Shown here: positions 30,449 through 40,619 of the stretch, piece by piece
Layout: every line of letters starts with the position of its first letter
Numbering within the stretch: the stretch's first letter is position 1
DNA from: Bdellovibrionota bacterium
GTDB taxonomy: Bacteria; Bdellovibrionota_C; UBA2361; JAFLCA01
DNA: 64,000 nucleotides
Direction of reading: 5' to 3'
NCBI GenBank assembly: GCA_041907145.1
Contig: JAYRHW010000283.1
Coordinates: forward strand, 1,304-65,303
The notes under the pieces: model-generated
The model's input: the letters and a program-made list of their open reading frames with translations, nothing else
Databases searched by the model: none
What the model was told of the DNA's origin: nothing
Made by a program: the position numbers and the translations under genes

Positions 30449-31783
30449 TTATAGCGTGGATTTCTTAGCTCGATCGAAAATCATATCAACATGTTTGGTA
30501 TGCCTTTTCAAGTCAAACGCCGATTCGACTTCCTTCGCACTCATCACAGCTGAAATCTTGGTATCAGCGAGAACTCGCGCCTTGAGATCTGGGCCCCCCT
30601 CCCAAGCCGCCAATGCGTGTTGCTGCACCAGACGATAAGCATCTTCGCGTACCATCCCTCTATCAACCAATGCGATGAGCAAGGTACCGGAGAAAACCAG
30701 TCCGCGGGTATGCTCCAGATTTTCCTGCATGCGCTGAGGATAGACGACAAGTCCGGAGATTAGGCTCGCAAATCGGGCCAGCATGAAGTCCATGAGGATA
30801 CACGCATCAGGCGCCGCCACGCGTTCAACCGAGCTATGACTAATATCCCGCTCATGCCAAAGAGGGACGTTCTCGAGCGCGGCTGCCGAATAGCTACGGA
30901 CGAGTCTGGCAAGTCCGCTCAGGTTCTCACTCAAGATGGGATTGCGCTTATGCGGCATGGCGGAGGACCCTTTCTGCCCCGCAGAGAACTTTTCTTCAGC
31001 CTCGCGAACCTCTGTGCGCTGCAGATGGCGAATCTCGACGGCACAACGCTCTATCGAGCAGGCAAGGAGCGCCAGCGCCGAGAAAAAGCTGGCGTGACGG
31101 TCACGGGACACTATCTGAGTTGGCACAGGCTCGGACTTTAGGCCCAAAGCCGAAAAAACATGCGCCTCGACCTTAGGCGAAACCGAAGCATAGGTACCTA
31201 CCGCCCCTGCAATTTTTCCTACAGCGACCTCGTCGATCGCTGCTACGAGGCGCCTCCTTGCGCGCCGCAGTTCCGCGTACCACCCCGCTAACTTGAGCCC
31301 AAAAGTCGTAGGCTCGGCGTGAATGCCATGGCTTCGGCCCACGCAGGGGGTGTACTTGAATTCTTCAGCACGCTTCCAAAGAGCATCACACGCGGCATCA
31401 AGCCCCCTTAACAATAGCTCCCCCGAGCGCTTCAGCTGAACAGCCAAAGTGGTATCGAGAAGATCGCTCGAGGTCATTCCCCGATGCAGGACTCGGGCCT
31501 CCGGCCCGACATGCTCGGCAACATTAGTGAGAAATGCGATGACGTCGTGCTTGACCTCCTCTTCGATTGCAAGCACTCGGGCGGTATCAAATGCGCCGCG
31601 CGCCTTGACGGCCGCAAGCGATTCCTTCGGAGCAGATCCTTCCATTACCATTCCCTCAAGCGCCAATGTCTCGACCTCAAGCCAAATCTTGAAGCGGTTC
31701 TCATCCGACCATAGATTGCTCATCTCGGGACGGGAATAGCGCGGAATCATCGTGTAGTTCTCACTGATAGGCGTCCAAGCCAA
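30449..31783 (-). CDS. purB: adenylosuccinate lyase
   Basis: 444 aa with the fumarate-lyase signature (GSSAMPHKRNP). Confidence 0.9.
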   Translation of the reverse strand: MAWTPISENYTMIPRYSRPEMSNLWSDENRFKIWLEVETLALEGMVMEGSAPKESLAAVKARGAFDTARVLAIEEEVKHDVIAFLTNVAEHVGPEARVLHRGMTSSDLLDTTLAVQLKRSGELLLRGLDAACDALWKRAEEFKYTPCVGRSHGIHAEPTTFGLKLAGWYAELRRARRRLVAAIDEVAVGKIAGAVGTYASVSPKVEAHVFSALGLKSEPVPTQIVSRDRHASFFSALALLACSIERCAVEIRHLQRTEVREAEEKFSAGQKGSSAMPHKRNPILSENLSGLARLVRSYSAAALENVPLWHERDISHSSVERVAAPDACILMDFMLARFASLISGLVVYPQRMQENLEHTRGLVFSGTLLIALVDRGMVREDAYRLVQQHALAAWEGGPDLKARVLADTKISAVMSAKEVESAFDLKRHTKHVDMIFDRAKKSTL

Positions 31784-31825
31784 GAGTAGAAAATGAGCGG
31801 AGAAAAATCAATCAACAGGCTTGGT

Positions 31826-32587
31826 CTACAGGGCCAGCATCGGTGTCTCACGCTGCACGCAAGCGCATATGAGCGTTCCAAGGGAACCTCCCGCGAGCTG
31901 CGATTCAGCGGCCTTCAACGCCAGCTCCGGTGTATTGCTGTTCTCGCTGAGATGCCCCAAGACCACGTGCTCCAGATCTCCGTGCATTATCTCCGCCAAA
32001 AAGGAGCTCGCACAGTCGTTGCTCAGATGGCCATGTGAGGAGGAGATCCGTTGCTTGAGCTCCCAAGGATAGTCGCAAGAGCGCAGCATCTCTTCATCGT
32101 GATTGGACTCTAGAACCAAGGCGTTCGATCCACGCAGCGACTCTCGCACCAGAGGGGTAACCTTCCCCAGGTCGGTGGCTTGCGAGAATTTAATTCCTCG
32201 CGCCGAGATCGAGAAGCCCACCGGATCGCTGGCATCGTGCACGATACTGAATGGCGCTATATCCATCTCTCCAATACTAAAAGCCCGACCAGTCTCGAAA
32301 AACTCCAACGCGAACAAGCCCCTCAAAGAGCGAGCCGCACCGCGATTCGCGTACACAGGAAGCTTGAACTTTCGACTCATCACCGGGACGCCATGGATAT
32401 GGTCTCGATGCTCATGGGTAACGATGATTGCATTCAAGCTGCGGGGATCGACACCCACCGACTCAAGTCGCCGCTCGGTTTGCTTGGCGGATAGCCCACA
32501 ATCGATCAAAATACGGGTATCGCCGCTTTCGAGATATGTACAATTCGCACGACTGCCGCTGGTAAGAACTGAGAACCGCATGGACAC
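31826..32587 (-). CDS. MBL-fold metallo-hydrolase
   Basis: 253 aa with the HxHxDH motif (THEHRDHIHG). Confidence 0.7.
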   Translation of the reverse strand: MSMRFSVLTSGSRANCTYLESGDTRILIDCGLSAKQTERRLESVGVDPRSLNAIIVTHEHRDHIHGVPVMSRKFKLPVYANRGAARSLRGLFALEFFETGRAFSIGEMDIAPFSIVHDASDPVGFSISARGIKFSQATDLGKVTPLVRESLRGSNALVLESNHDEEMLRSCDYPWELKQRISSSHGHLSNDCASSFLAEIMHGDLEHVVLGHLSENSNTPELALKAAESQLAGGSLGTLICACVQRETPMLAL

Positions 32588-32652
32588 AGGCTAGCGGGCT
32601 GTCTCGCTTCTGGCAATTTGAAAAGTGGTCGGTCTGGTGGTAGAAGTCTTTC

Positions 32653-33603
32653 GTGGGCATGCCACTCGAACCCCCTCTTCCCATCGGAATCATAGGCGCC
32701 GGAGCAGTCGGCCTAGGCCTGGCTGCTCATCTCTCTAAGATCGTGCCGGTTACCGTTGTCGCTCGCTCCAATAAGCTTGAACAACTTAAACGCTCCGACC
32801 CTCCTCCAGGAGTAAGCTATGTTGGATCGTTGAGTGCTCTACCGCTGCAGGTCGGTTCGTTATGGGTCTGCACCAAGGCCTTTGCCGCTCCGGACGCGCT
32901 CAAGGCCGCCGAGTTTCTCTTCAGTCCAACCTGCCCGGTAGTCGTCTTGAGCAACGGGCTGGGCGTTTATCAGGAATGTGCCGAGCTGATAGCGCGCCGA
33001 GCGCCGATAGTACGTGCGCTTGTAAGCACCGGGTTCGTTGAGACATACGACGCAGTGGTCCAGACTGGCCAGCTCAAGGTAGCGCTCGCTGCCTCTTCTG
33101 AGTATGAGTCGTCGCTGCGAACAGTTGAATCCATTTTGCTGGCGGCCGGCGCCGTTGTCACGATTGAGTCAAATGTGGCGACTGCCGAGTGGCGCAAAGC
33201 ACTCCTCAACGTCGTGACCAATCCGATATGCACCCTCGTTCGCTCCAGTAATAAGGCCCTCATTGAGGATAGCGATCTCTCCCAACTTGCCGTTCAAATT
33301 CTAGGTGAAGCTCGCTCGGTCGCCCTAAAGGAGGGTTTTTCATTTCCTGATCTCACCAACGAATATATTTTCTCTCTGGTAAAATCAGTCGGAGATAATA
33401 GAAATTCGCAGCTCATCGACCTGGAGCGTGGTCGCAAATCAGAGATTGACTACGTCCTAGGACGGATTATTCGGATTGCGAAATCTTACGACCTACCCGT
33501 CCCGCGCTGCGAGACGCTGTATGCCTTATGCCGTGCCACAGAAAGGAATATGATCTCGGCTCCGCCTAACCCCGCGGCAGCCCTAAAACCCTCTCCGCTA
33601 TGA
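32653..33603 (+). CDS. 2-dehydropantoate 2-reductase family protein (ApbA/PanE-like)
   Basis: N-terminal Rossmann motif IGIIGAGAVGLGLAAHL. Length and C-terminal domain fit the ketopantoate reductase family. Confidence 0.65.
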   Translation: MGMPLEPPLPIGIIGAGAVGLGLAAHLSKIVPVTVVARSNKLEQLKRSDPPPGVSYVGSLSALPLQVGSLWVCTKAFAAPDALKAAEFLFSPTCPVVVLSNGLGVYQECAELIARRAPIVRALVSTGFVETYDAVVQTGQLKVALAASSEYESSLRTVESILLAAGAVVTIESNVATAEWRKALLNVVTNPICTLVRSSNKALIEDSDLSQLAVQILGEARSVALKEGFSFPDLTNEYIFSLVKSVGDNRNSQLIDLERGRKSEIDYVLGRIIRIAKSYDLPVPRCETLYALCRATERNMISAPPNPAAALKPSPL

Positions 33604-34714
33604 TGGAGCGCTGAATCTCGGAGGTTCCAGCGGCTATCGTTCGTCCACGAGAATAAAGGTAACGGTGGACGTCCGCATGCGCTGCTCCGTGCTCGCCTCC
33701 AGCGGACTTCAGTGGATCGAGCTCCAGCGCAAGCTTAGCGATGGACTGAAAAGACTCTGACCATAGTAATTTATCAAGAGACCCTTCCGGCCCTGGAGGC
33801 TTACCGTCAGCGTAAGAAAGGAGGTGCTCGTATGCGAGCGCACGAATGGCGCATGCTCGGGAAATCTCGCGAGCCAGCGCAGGCCGCAGCTCAGGTCGCG
33901 GACGATCGCGATAGCGGGCTACTAATTCACGCAGCGCCACCTCCGATTGCAGCTGCCGAGCGAAGGTCAAGACCACGCGCTCGTACATCAGCGTGGAAAT
34001 TGCTATCTTCCAGCCATCTCCGACCTGACCGACGACATTTTCCTGTGGCACGAAGGTCTTATCGAAAAAGACCTCATTAAATTCCAAATCCCCGGAAATT
34101 TGTTTCAGTGGGCGGACACTGATGCCGGCGCTCTTCATGTCAACGAGAAGGTATGAAAGACCTTCGTGCTTTTTGCCACTTGCGTCAGATGTGCGGCAAA
34201 GAACGAAACACCACTGCGCGATATGCGCAAAACTTGTCCAGATCTTTTGTCCCTCGAGGAGGAATCCGCCCTGAGAAGGAGTGGCGCGTGTTTTGATCGC
34301 CGCAAGATCGCTACCGGCGCCTGGTTCAGAAAATCCCTGACACCAAACCTCAGTGCCGTTCAATATGGCTGCGAGGTAACGCTTCTTCTGCTGCTCATTT
34401 CCGTGCCGGATCAGTACGGGACCCACCATCGTCAGCCCGAACAGTCCAAGGAGCTGCGGCGCACGGGCACGCACCAGCTCCTCCTGCACAATAGCTTCCT
34501 CCACAAGACTGAGGGACCTCCCCCCAAACTCCTTCGGCCAATGCACGCCGACCCAATTGCCGCTCGCGAGCGTCTGCTGCCACTCACGACCCACGCGGAC
34601 GAAAGTTTCAAGTGAAGAATTATCTCCGTATGACGGAGGAGGATGCGCGACGAGCCACTTGCGCAATTCCTCGCGAAAGCGCTCACGCTCGTCAGAAAGT
34701 GCGAGTTTGAGCAC
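33566..34714 (-). CDS. acyl-CoA dehydrogenase family protein
   Basis: 382 aa with ACAD middle and C-terminal domain features. Its start overlaps the pgl stop by 4 bp. Confidence 0.8.
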   Translation of the reverse strand: MLKLALSDERERFREELRKWLVAHPPPSYGDNSSLETFVRVGREWQQTLASGNWVGVHWPKEFGGRSLSLVEEAIVQEELVRARAPQLLGLFGLTMVGPVLIRHGNEQQKKRYLAAILNGTEVWCQGFSEPGAGSDLAAIKTRATPSQGGFLLEGQKIWTSFAHIAQWCFVLCRTSDASGKKHEGLSYLLVDMKSAGISVRPLKQISGDLEFNEVFFDKTFVPQENVVGQVGDGWKIAISTLMYERVVLTFARQLQSEVALRELVARYRDRPRPELRPALAREISRACAIRALAYEHLLSYADGKPPGPEGSLDKLLWSESFQSIAKLALELDPLKSAGGEHGAAHADVHRYLYSRGRTIAAGTSEIQRSIIAERVLGLPRG

Positions 34715-34716
34715 CC

Positions 34717-35469
34717 TTAGCCCTTATGCCTGCTTAGTTTCGCGGCGGCTCCGGAGTCCAAAAAGAAGGTCACACGCTCCGCTGCGGATTCGAATAAACG
34801 AGCGGGGTACTTTGCCGCAGGCTCGTCCGACTCCAGAATCTGTCGCATGATGTCTGCTTTGTTGTCACCCTTGACGATGAAGAAGATCTTTCGTGCTCCG
34901 AACAATGCGTCAGGAGTCATCGAAATTCTTGGCTTACCATCCTCAGGATGGGTCACGGCTGCGCATAGAGAATTACCGCGTGCCCCAATCAGAGGCGAAC
35001 CAGGAAAAATCGAAGCGGTGTGCCCATCTTCTCCGACTCCCAACAGGACGATATCGAACACAGGCAACTCGTCCGCTCCAAGCTTCTCGCCATTGCGAAC
35101 TGCCGCCGCGTACGCCCGGGCCCCCTCCTCGGGCGACTTAAGGCTCGTATCGACGGGATGAATTACAGGTGTCTGTCCCGAGACCTGGCTAAGCAGTGTC
35201 TCCTGGGTCATTTTAAAATTGCTCATGTTATCGCTGTGAGGAACCCAGCGCTCATCGCCCCAGTACAGCACCAACGAGCCCCAGTCCACATCCTCCACCC
35301 GCGGCGGCTTAGAAAGCGCCCGGTAGATTGAGCCTGGAGTACTGCCGCCAGCCAGCACCACAGAGCACCGGCCGCGTTCATTGAGCGCCTCGCGGGACGA
35401 CGCAACGATCTCGTCTGCCACGGCACCCGCGAACAGTTTAGGCTCTATAATTTCTACCGTGGCCTTCAT
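34717..35469 (-). CDS. pgl: 6-phosphogluconolactonase
   Basis: 250 aa NagB/RpiA-superfamily fold (VVLAGGSTPGSIY ... HTASIFP). Last core gene of the tal-zwf-opcA-pgl operon. Confidence 0.8.
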   Translation of the reverse strand: MKATVEIIEPKLFAGAVADEIVASSREALNERGRCSVVLAGGSTPGSIYRALSKPPRVEDVDWGSLVLYWGDERWVPHSDNMSNFKMTQETLLSQVSGQTPVIHPVDTSLKSPEEGARAYAAAVRNGEKLGADELPVFDIVLLGVGEDGHTASIFPGSPLIGARGNSLCAAVTHPEDGKPRISMTPDALFGARKIFFIVKGDNKADIMRQILESDEPAAKYPARLFESAAERVTFFLDSGAAAKLSRHKG

Positions 35470-35495
35470 ATATTTCCCAGGACTAGTCCGCGAAT

Positions 35496-36572
35496 CTACG
35501 ATCCTCTAGCGCTAAATTCCTGCGCCAGACGCGCCGAGGCAGTATAGTTCGCCATAGACTCCCCGATCAAGAAGAAGCGCAGGAGCCGTCCTCTGCGAGT
35601 ATCGTCATCAAATGGTCTACTGGAGCGGAAACTGACCCTCAGCTCGACCGTCGAGCTCAACACCTCGCCTCGGGATAGGCGAATATATTGCTCTTGAGGC
35701 ACGGGGCCGATCCGGAGGGGCTCGAACTTAAAGAGCACTTCACGGATCCCCGGATCACCTGTGCCTGAAACGGCGGTGAAATCGAGCCGAATCGCTCGCC
35801 CGGAGGTCCCGGTACATTCCCAGCGATGCCCAGCCCGAGTGACCTGAGTAGAAACACCAAGCCTCGAGGCAATCCATGCGCCGAGGAGCACCGCCGGCGC
35901 TGACTCTCCTCTGCACGTCGAACTCTCCGAAGTAATGCTCACTGACTGTATGGAGTCGACGTATTCCCGAACGATGGAGCGTCCGAACAGATCCTTAATC
36001 TCATCGCGCCATATGCCCAAAGCAACCCATTGTAAATCCAGAGTCGTCTTTGTGAGTGCGCGAACGGCGGCGAGATCCTGATATCGTCCCTCGAAATCAC
36101 TGGAATCCAAAATCACGGTGTCCGCAAGCGATGCAATCTCACGCAAATCGCTGACGAGAAAGCCCGCATCGTACAGATAGAATTCGGAGGGCGTTCCCGT
36201 GAGCAAATTGGCACGAATAAGACTGGGCAAGGCGGCTAACTGCTTGCGAGAGCCTCCAATTCGAATCACCTCGGAACATACATGTTCCTTCTTGGACAGC
36301 GCTTGACACCGAGCCGAAACAGAAACCTCGAGTTCGGACAGGGCTTCATCCAAATAGAAGACGAAAAACCGGCTTGGATGACAGAGGGAGAGCGCGTCGA
36401 TATCGTCTTCGAGACTATCGAGCAGCTCGCGTCGACTGAGCGGAACGATCACATTATAGTTTGTCGACCGACTGTAACGGGTATCCTCGCTTTCCATGCC
36501 CGCGAATAGCGAGGTCAGCGCAGCTCCGACATCGCCGCGCTTCGCCGGGACATATGCGTAACGGGTGGTCAT
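35496..36572 (-). CDS. opcA: OpcA-like glucose-6-phosphate dehydrogenase assembly protein
   Basis: 358 aa. The call rests mainly on its conserved position between zwf and pgl, as in actinobacterial and cyanobacterial OPP operons. By eye the sequence is compatible but not diagnostic. Confidence 0.5.
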   Translation of the reverse strand: MTTRYAYVPAKRGDVGAALTSLFAGMESEDTRYSRSTNYNVIVPLSRRELLDSLEDDIDALSLCHPSRFFVFYLDEALSELEVSVSARCQALSKKEHVCSEVIRIGGSRKQLAALPSLIRANLLTGTPSEFYLYDAGFLVSDLREIASLADTVILDSSDFEGRYQDLAAVRALTKTTLDLQWVALGIWRDEIKDLFGRSIVREYVDSIQSVSITSESSTCRGESAPAVLLGAWIASRLGVSTQVTRAGHRWECTGTSGRAIRLDFTAVSGTGDPGIREVLFKFEPLRIGPVPQEQYIRLSRGEVLSSTVELRVSFRSSRPFDDDTRRGRLLRFFLIGESMANYTASARLAQEFSARGS

Positions 36573-36575
36573 ACC

Positions 36576-38123
36576 CTACAATCTTCGCCAGGTATGTTTG
36601 CGATCCCTGAGTAGTCCGGCTGCGGCGGAAGGGCCCCACGAGCCGGACGCGTACTGATACATGGCGGGCACATGCTCCGCCGACCCCGGCTTCTGTGCCC
36701 AGGTTTGAAGAACCGGGGCCAAGCAATCCCACGCCTCCTCTATTTCATCGTCGCGGGTAAACAGCGAGGCATCACCCTTCATGGCGTCCAGCAGAAGACG
36801 TTCATAGGCATCCGGGGAAGCGACACCGAAGGAATTACCGTAGGTAAAATCCATGACAACGGGGCGCACGCGCATTCGGGGACCGGGCGCCTTGGAGCTA
36901 ATCTTCAACGAGATGCCTTCATTAGGCTGTACCTGAATTGCCAGGGTATTTTGCTCGAGATCGCCAACCTGCCGCCCACGAAACATCGAATCAGGGGCAC
37001 GCTTGAATGCTATTGAGATTTCCGTGATTCGTTTCGGTAGACGCTTCCCCGCGCGTATATAAATAGGCACGCCAGCCCAGCGCCAATTATCGATTTCCAG
37101 TCGCATCGCGGCAAAGGTCTCAGTAATAGACCCTGGCGCTATACCCTTTTCCTCGAGATATCCCGCGACCGGGTCGCCATTGACGAACCCCTTGGTGTAC
37201 TGAGCGCGCACGGTGTTCGCTGCAACTTCCTCCGGCTTTAAGCGCCTAATGGCCTGAAGAACCTTCACCTTCTCGTCGCGAATACCGTCAGCGTCGCTGA
37301 GCGAAATGGGCGGCTCAATGCACAGAAGCGCCAATATCTGCAGCAGGTGGTTTTGAATGATGTCGCGCAAGATTCCACTCTGATCGAAATAGCCAGCGCG
37401 ACTCCCTACTCCGATGTCCTCACAGAACGAAATCTGAATATGATCGATGTAGTTTCGATTCCAAAGCGGCTCGAACATCCCATTGGCGAAGCGGAAGACC
37501 AAGATGTTCTGAACTGTCTCCTTTCCGAGGTAGTGGTCGATACGGTAAATCTGCTGCTCGGCAAAACTCTTTCGAATCTCGGTATTCAGAGTCTGCGCGG
37601 AACTTAGATCGTGCCCAAACGGCTTCTCGATAATTAGCGACGTAGACCGCTGCCCTTTGCCGAATTCCTCGACCAACCCGCCTGCCTTTAAATTCGCGGA
37701 AATGGGCCCGAAGAAATTAGGACCAGTAGCTAAATAATAGAGATAATTAAAATCCTCCCCTCGCTCCTTACCAAGAGCCGTCAGACGCTCTCGGAGTTTA
37801 GCAAAATCGGCCACCGACGTTCCGTCGAGCGGCTGGTAAAAGATGTTCTGAGCAAACTTCTGCCACAACTCATCGCTGACCGTGCGACGAGAATGCTTCT
37901 TTACCGCCTCGAATAAATCAGCCCGATACTGCTCATCGGTAAACTTGGAACGAGCAGCCCCGATGACCACGAAGCCAGAAGGCAGATATTCGTCGAACGC
38001 TAAGTTGTAGAGGGCGGGGATCAATTTTCGGTGGGTAAGATCGCCTGATGCCCCAAAGATCACAACTGCCGTGGCCGGAGGCCGTATGACACGATTCTCA
38101 CCTTCGGCAAACGGATTTTCCAT
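36576..38123 (-). CDS. zwf: glucose-6-phosphate 1-dehydrogenase
   Basis: 515 aa with NADP-binding GASGDLTHRKL and the G6PD active-site region (DHYLGKE). Confidence 0.9.
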   Translation of the reverse strand: MENPFAEGENRVIRPPATAVVIFGASGDLTHRKLIPALYNLAFDEYLPSGFVVIGAARSKFTDEQYRADLFEAVKKHSRRTVSDELWQKFAQNIFYQPLDGTSVADFAKLRERLTALGKERGEDFNYLYYLATGPNFFGPISANLKAGGLVEEFGKGQRSTSLIIEKPFGHDLSSAQTLNTEIRKSFAEQQIYRIDHYLGKETVQNILVFRFANGMFEPLWNRNYIDHIQISFCEDIGVGSRAGYFDQSGILRDIIQNHLLQILALLCIEPPISLSDADGIRDEKVKVLQAIRRLKPEEVAANTVRAQYTKGFVNGDPVAGYLEEKGIAPGSITETFAAMRLEIDNWRWAGVPIYIRAGKRLPKRITEISIAFKRAPDSMFRGRQVGDLEQNTLAIQVQPNEGISLKISSKAPGPRMRVRPVVMDFTYGNSFGVASPDAYERLLLDAMKGDASLFTRDDEIEEAWDCLAPVLQTWAQKPGSAEHVPAMYQYASGSWGPSAAAGLLRDRKHTWRRL

Positions 38124-38162
38124 TGTATTGTCCCTTTTCTATTCCGCGATCCACCCGTGACG

Positions 38163-39287
38163 CTACGTAAAACGAGCGCGCTTTTTCTCGATCGAGTCGA
38201 GCAGCTCTTGGAACGATTCTGAAAACAGTTTTACACCTTCCTTCTGCAGCTGTAGAAGCAAATCACTGAAATCCAGTCCAAGTTGGTTCACCTTAGCCAC
38301 CAACCCCTTGGCCTCGGAAAGTCCCCGATGGAGCCGAGGTTCAACTGTCATATTTTCTCGCAACGCGTTTAGCGTTTGCGGAGGGACTGTATTCACTGTT
38401 TCGCGTCCCGCAAGCTCCTCCACATAAAGCACCGGGCTTAGATCCGCGCTCTTTGTTCCCGTGCTTGCCCATAAAGGTCTCTGAACATGAGCTCCTCGCG
38501 ACCTGAGCTTCGCAAACCTCTCCCCCTTGAAGAGCTGCTCGTAGCGCTCATACGCAAGCTTGGAGTTAGCGACTCCGATTTTGGCGCGGAATTGAGCCTT
38601 GTCCTCGGCCTTTGCCTTGCCCGACTTCACGAGCGCGTCGAATGCCTTTTCGCATATTGTATCTACGCGCGATACGAAGAAGCTCGCCACCGAGGCCAGC
38701 CCCTTGATATCCTGATTGCGGGCAGCACGCGCCTCGAGCGCGGAAAGGTATGCTTCCGCAACTTGCTCATACACCGCGACAGAAAAGATCAGCGTAATGT
38801 TCACGTTTATTCCGGCCTCGAGCGCCGCCTTTACGGCGGGCAACCCCTCAGGGGTGGCGGGGATTTTGATCATGATATTCGGTCGATTGAGCCGTGCCCA
38901 TAATCGCTTAGCGGCATCGAGAGTCCCCTTCGTATCGGCCGCCAGAAATGGAGATACCTCGATACTCGCATGCCCATCAGCGCCATTTGAGGCGGTATGT
39001 ATCGGAAGGAGAAGATCAGCCGCGGCGCCAACGTCGGCTATCATGAGATCCTCGCAGATGTCTTGTGCGCTCATTCCTCGTTTCGCCAAAGGACCAAGGT
39101 CGGCATCATAGTCGCTACTGTCCGCGATTGCTTTCTTGAATATCGTAGGATTACTCGTAAGGCCTGAAACTCCAGAGTCGATAATCTTTGCGAGCTCGCC
39201 GGAGTTGAGCACGTCCCTGGACAGGTTGTCGTACCAGATCGATTGCCCAATCTCGTTAAGTCCTATAATGAATTTATTTTTGGCCAT
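38163..39287 (-). CDS. tal: transaldolase (long, actinobacterial/cyanobacterial-type)
   Basis: 374 aa with the TSNPTIF motif and a Schiff-base Lys region. First gene of the OPP operon. Confidence 0.85.
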   Translation of the reverse strand: MAKNKFIIGLNEIGQSIWYDNLSRDVLNSGELAKIIDSGVSGLTSNPTIFKKAIADSSDYDADLGPLAKRGMSAQDICEDLMIADVGAAADLLLPIHTASNGADGHASIEVSPFLAADTKGTLDAAKRLWARLNRPNIMIKIPATPEGLPAVKAALEAGINVNITLIFSVAVYEQVAEAYLSALEARAARNQDIKGLASVASFFVSRVDTICEKAFDALVKSGKAKAEDKAQFRAKIGVANSKLAYERYEQLFKGERFAKLRSRGAHVQRPLWASTGTKSADLSPVLYVEELAGRETVNTVPPQTLNALRENMTVEPRLHRGLSEAKGLVAKVNQLGLDFSDLLLQLQKEGVKLFSESFQELLDSIEKKRARFT

Positions 39288-39815
39288 GGCGGACCCTTAG
39301 GTTAAGGAGGGGAAACACCGCCAACGCAGGCACGGTCATTTCCTGAAAAATCACTCTCTTAACCCTACTGCGAAAGAAGTCCGGGTGCCAGGGGTGAGTA
39401 GAGATCCGCAGGCTTTTAGAGGTTAGCCGGAAGTTTTCCGAAAACGGAACGAATTGGCGGCTCTTTTGCTTCAGATTCGCTTTTAGCAGAGCTTTCTCGG
39501 AGCGTCAGTACTTCCGCCCGGCAGACCTCCCGAGCCTCGGCCCGAAGTCTGGCAAAATCGAAGCGCGGGGTGCGGCGTCCGTAGGACACCAGATCTCTTT
39601 GACGAATAGCTTTGCGACGAGCACTCATGAGGCTTCCCCGATTTCTAGCGCCGGATAAGGCGTTTACAAGAATTATCAAAAACCGAGGAAAACCGAATAG
39701 AATGTCTGGTTAGTGAGATTACCCTACCTCGCTCTACAGACTCAAAGGTTATGAGCGAAGACTGAATACATGTTCCCTAAGACAAGTACACAAAAAACCA
39801 TGAGATTTCAGACTG

Positions 39816-40619
39816 TTACTTACCCGACTCGGCTCGTCCCGAGGCCAGGCGCGGTACATCGAGCGGGCCAGGGTAGGAAATGATATTGCGCTGGCGATTA
39901 CGGTAAAACTGGTAGCTCGTGTAAAGACAGTTGAGAGCATACGGAATGCCGTTTACGTGGCAGATCTCATCGCCATAATAGGTCGGGATTGGCCTCTCCA
40001 CGATGCGCATCTCACGCTCAGCCATCGCTAAAATAATCTGCGTGTCAAAATGCCAGGTGTTCGTAAAGGATTCGAAGGGAATACGCTTAAGTGCCTCGGT
40101 CGAGTACAGCCGATACCCCGAGTGATATTCGCTCAAGTGCAATCCAGAAAGGTGATTCTGGACCGCTGTCAGGATTCGATTGCCGATAAATTTGTAGAGC
40201 GGCATTCCCCCTTTGAGTGCGGCGCCCTTGGTGGACATTCGAGAACCAAAAACCATGTCTGCCTTTCCCTCTGTTAACGGCTCGAGGAGGAACGGCAAAG
40301 CCTCGGGGGCGTACTGCCCATCTCCGTGGACAAGCGCGACTATGTCGAGCCCCCTTTCGATGGCGTAGCGATATCCTACCTTCTGATTGCCGCCATAACC
40401 CTGATTTTTTTCGTTGCGGTGGATCGTTAGCTTCTCAATCTTGTTCTCATACTTGTAACCAAGCGCAGCATAGTACGTATTGTCCTTGCTGCAGTCATCG
40501 ATGACAAAAATTTCATCGACCTGCTCATAGAGGTCAGAGGGTATACGAGAGAGGGTCTTGATGAGGTGGTTAACCGCGTTGTAGGCGATGATGAATATTC
40601 CGATGCGTGGCTTGCTCAT
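39816..40619 (-). CDS. family-2 glycosyltransferase
   Basis: 267 aa GT-A fold (IFIIAYNAVNHL ... VIDDCSKDNT ... DGDGQY). Its start overlaps the rimO stop by 4 bp. Confidence 0.75.
   Translation of the reverse strand: MSKPRIGIFIIAYNAVNHLIKTLSRIPSDLYEQVDEIFVIDDCSKDNTYYAALGYKYENKIEKLTIHRNEKNQGYGGNQKVGYRYAIERGLDIVALVHGDGQYAPEALPFLLEPLTEGKADMVFGSRMSTKGAALKGGMPLYKFIGNRILTAVQNHLSGLHLSEYHSGYRLYSTEALKRIPFESFTNTWHFDTQIILAMAEREMRIVERPIPTYYGDEICHVNGIPYALNCLYTSYQFYRNRQRNIISYPGPLDVPRLASGRAESGK

Noticed and set aside
33566-33603. 38-bp convergent overlap of the panE-like gene (plus strand) and the acyl-CoA dehydrogenase (minus strand)
   Set aside because: Short convergent 3' overlaps are common, and both genes have independent family evidence. 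It is not treated as an anomaly.
39340-39372. sigma-54 -24/-12-like element (TGGCAC...TTTCGCA) upstream of tal
   Set aside because: The spacing between the GG and GC elements is about 17 nt instead of 10. A similar candidate upstream of lolA is off by 1 nt. Neither fits the rigid sigma-54 geometry.
39416-39679. 87-aa minus-strand ORF between the GT2 stop and the tal promoter
   Set aside because: It is an Arg/Ala-rich low-complexity translation with no obvious RBS. It sits where the tal promoter and GT2 terminator are expected, so it is probably spurious. It remains unverified.
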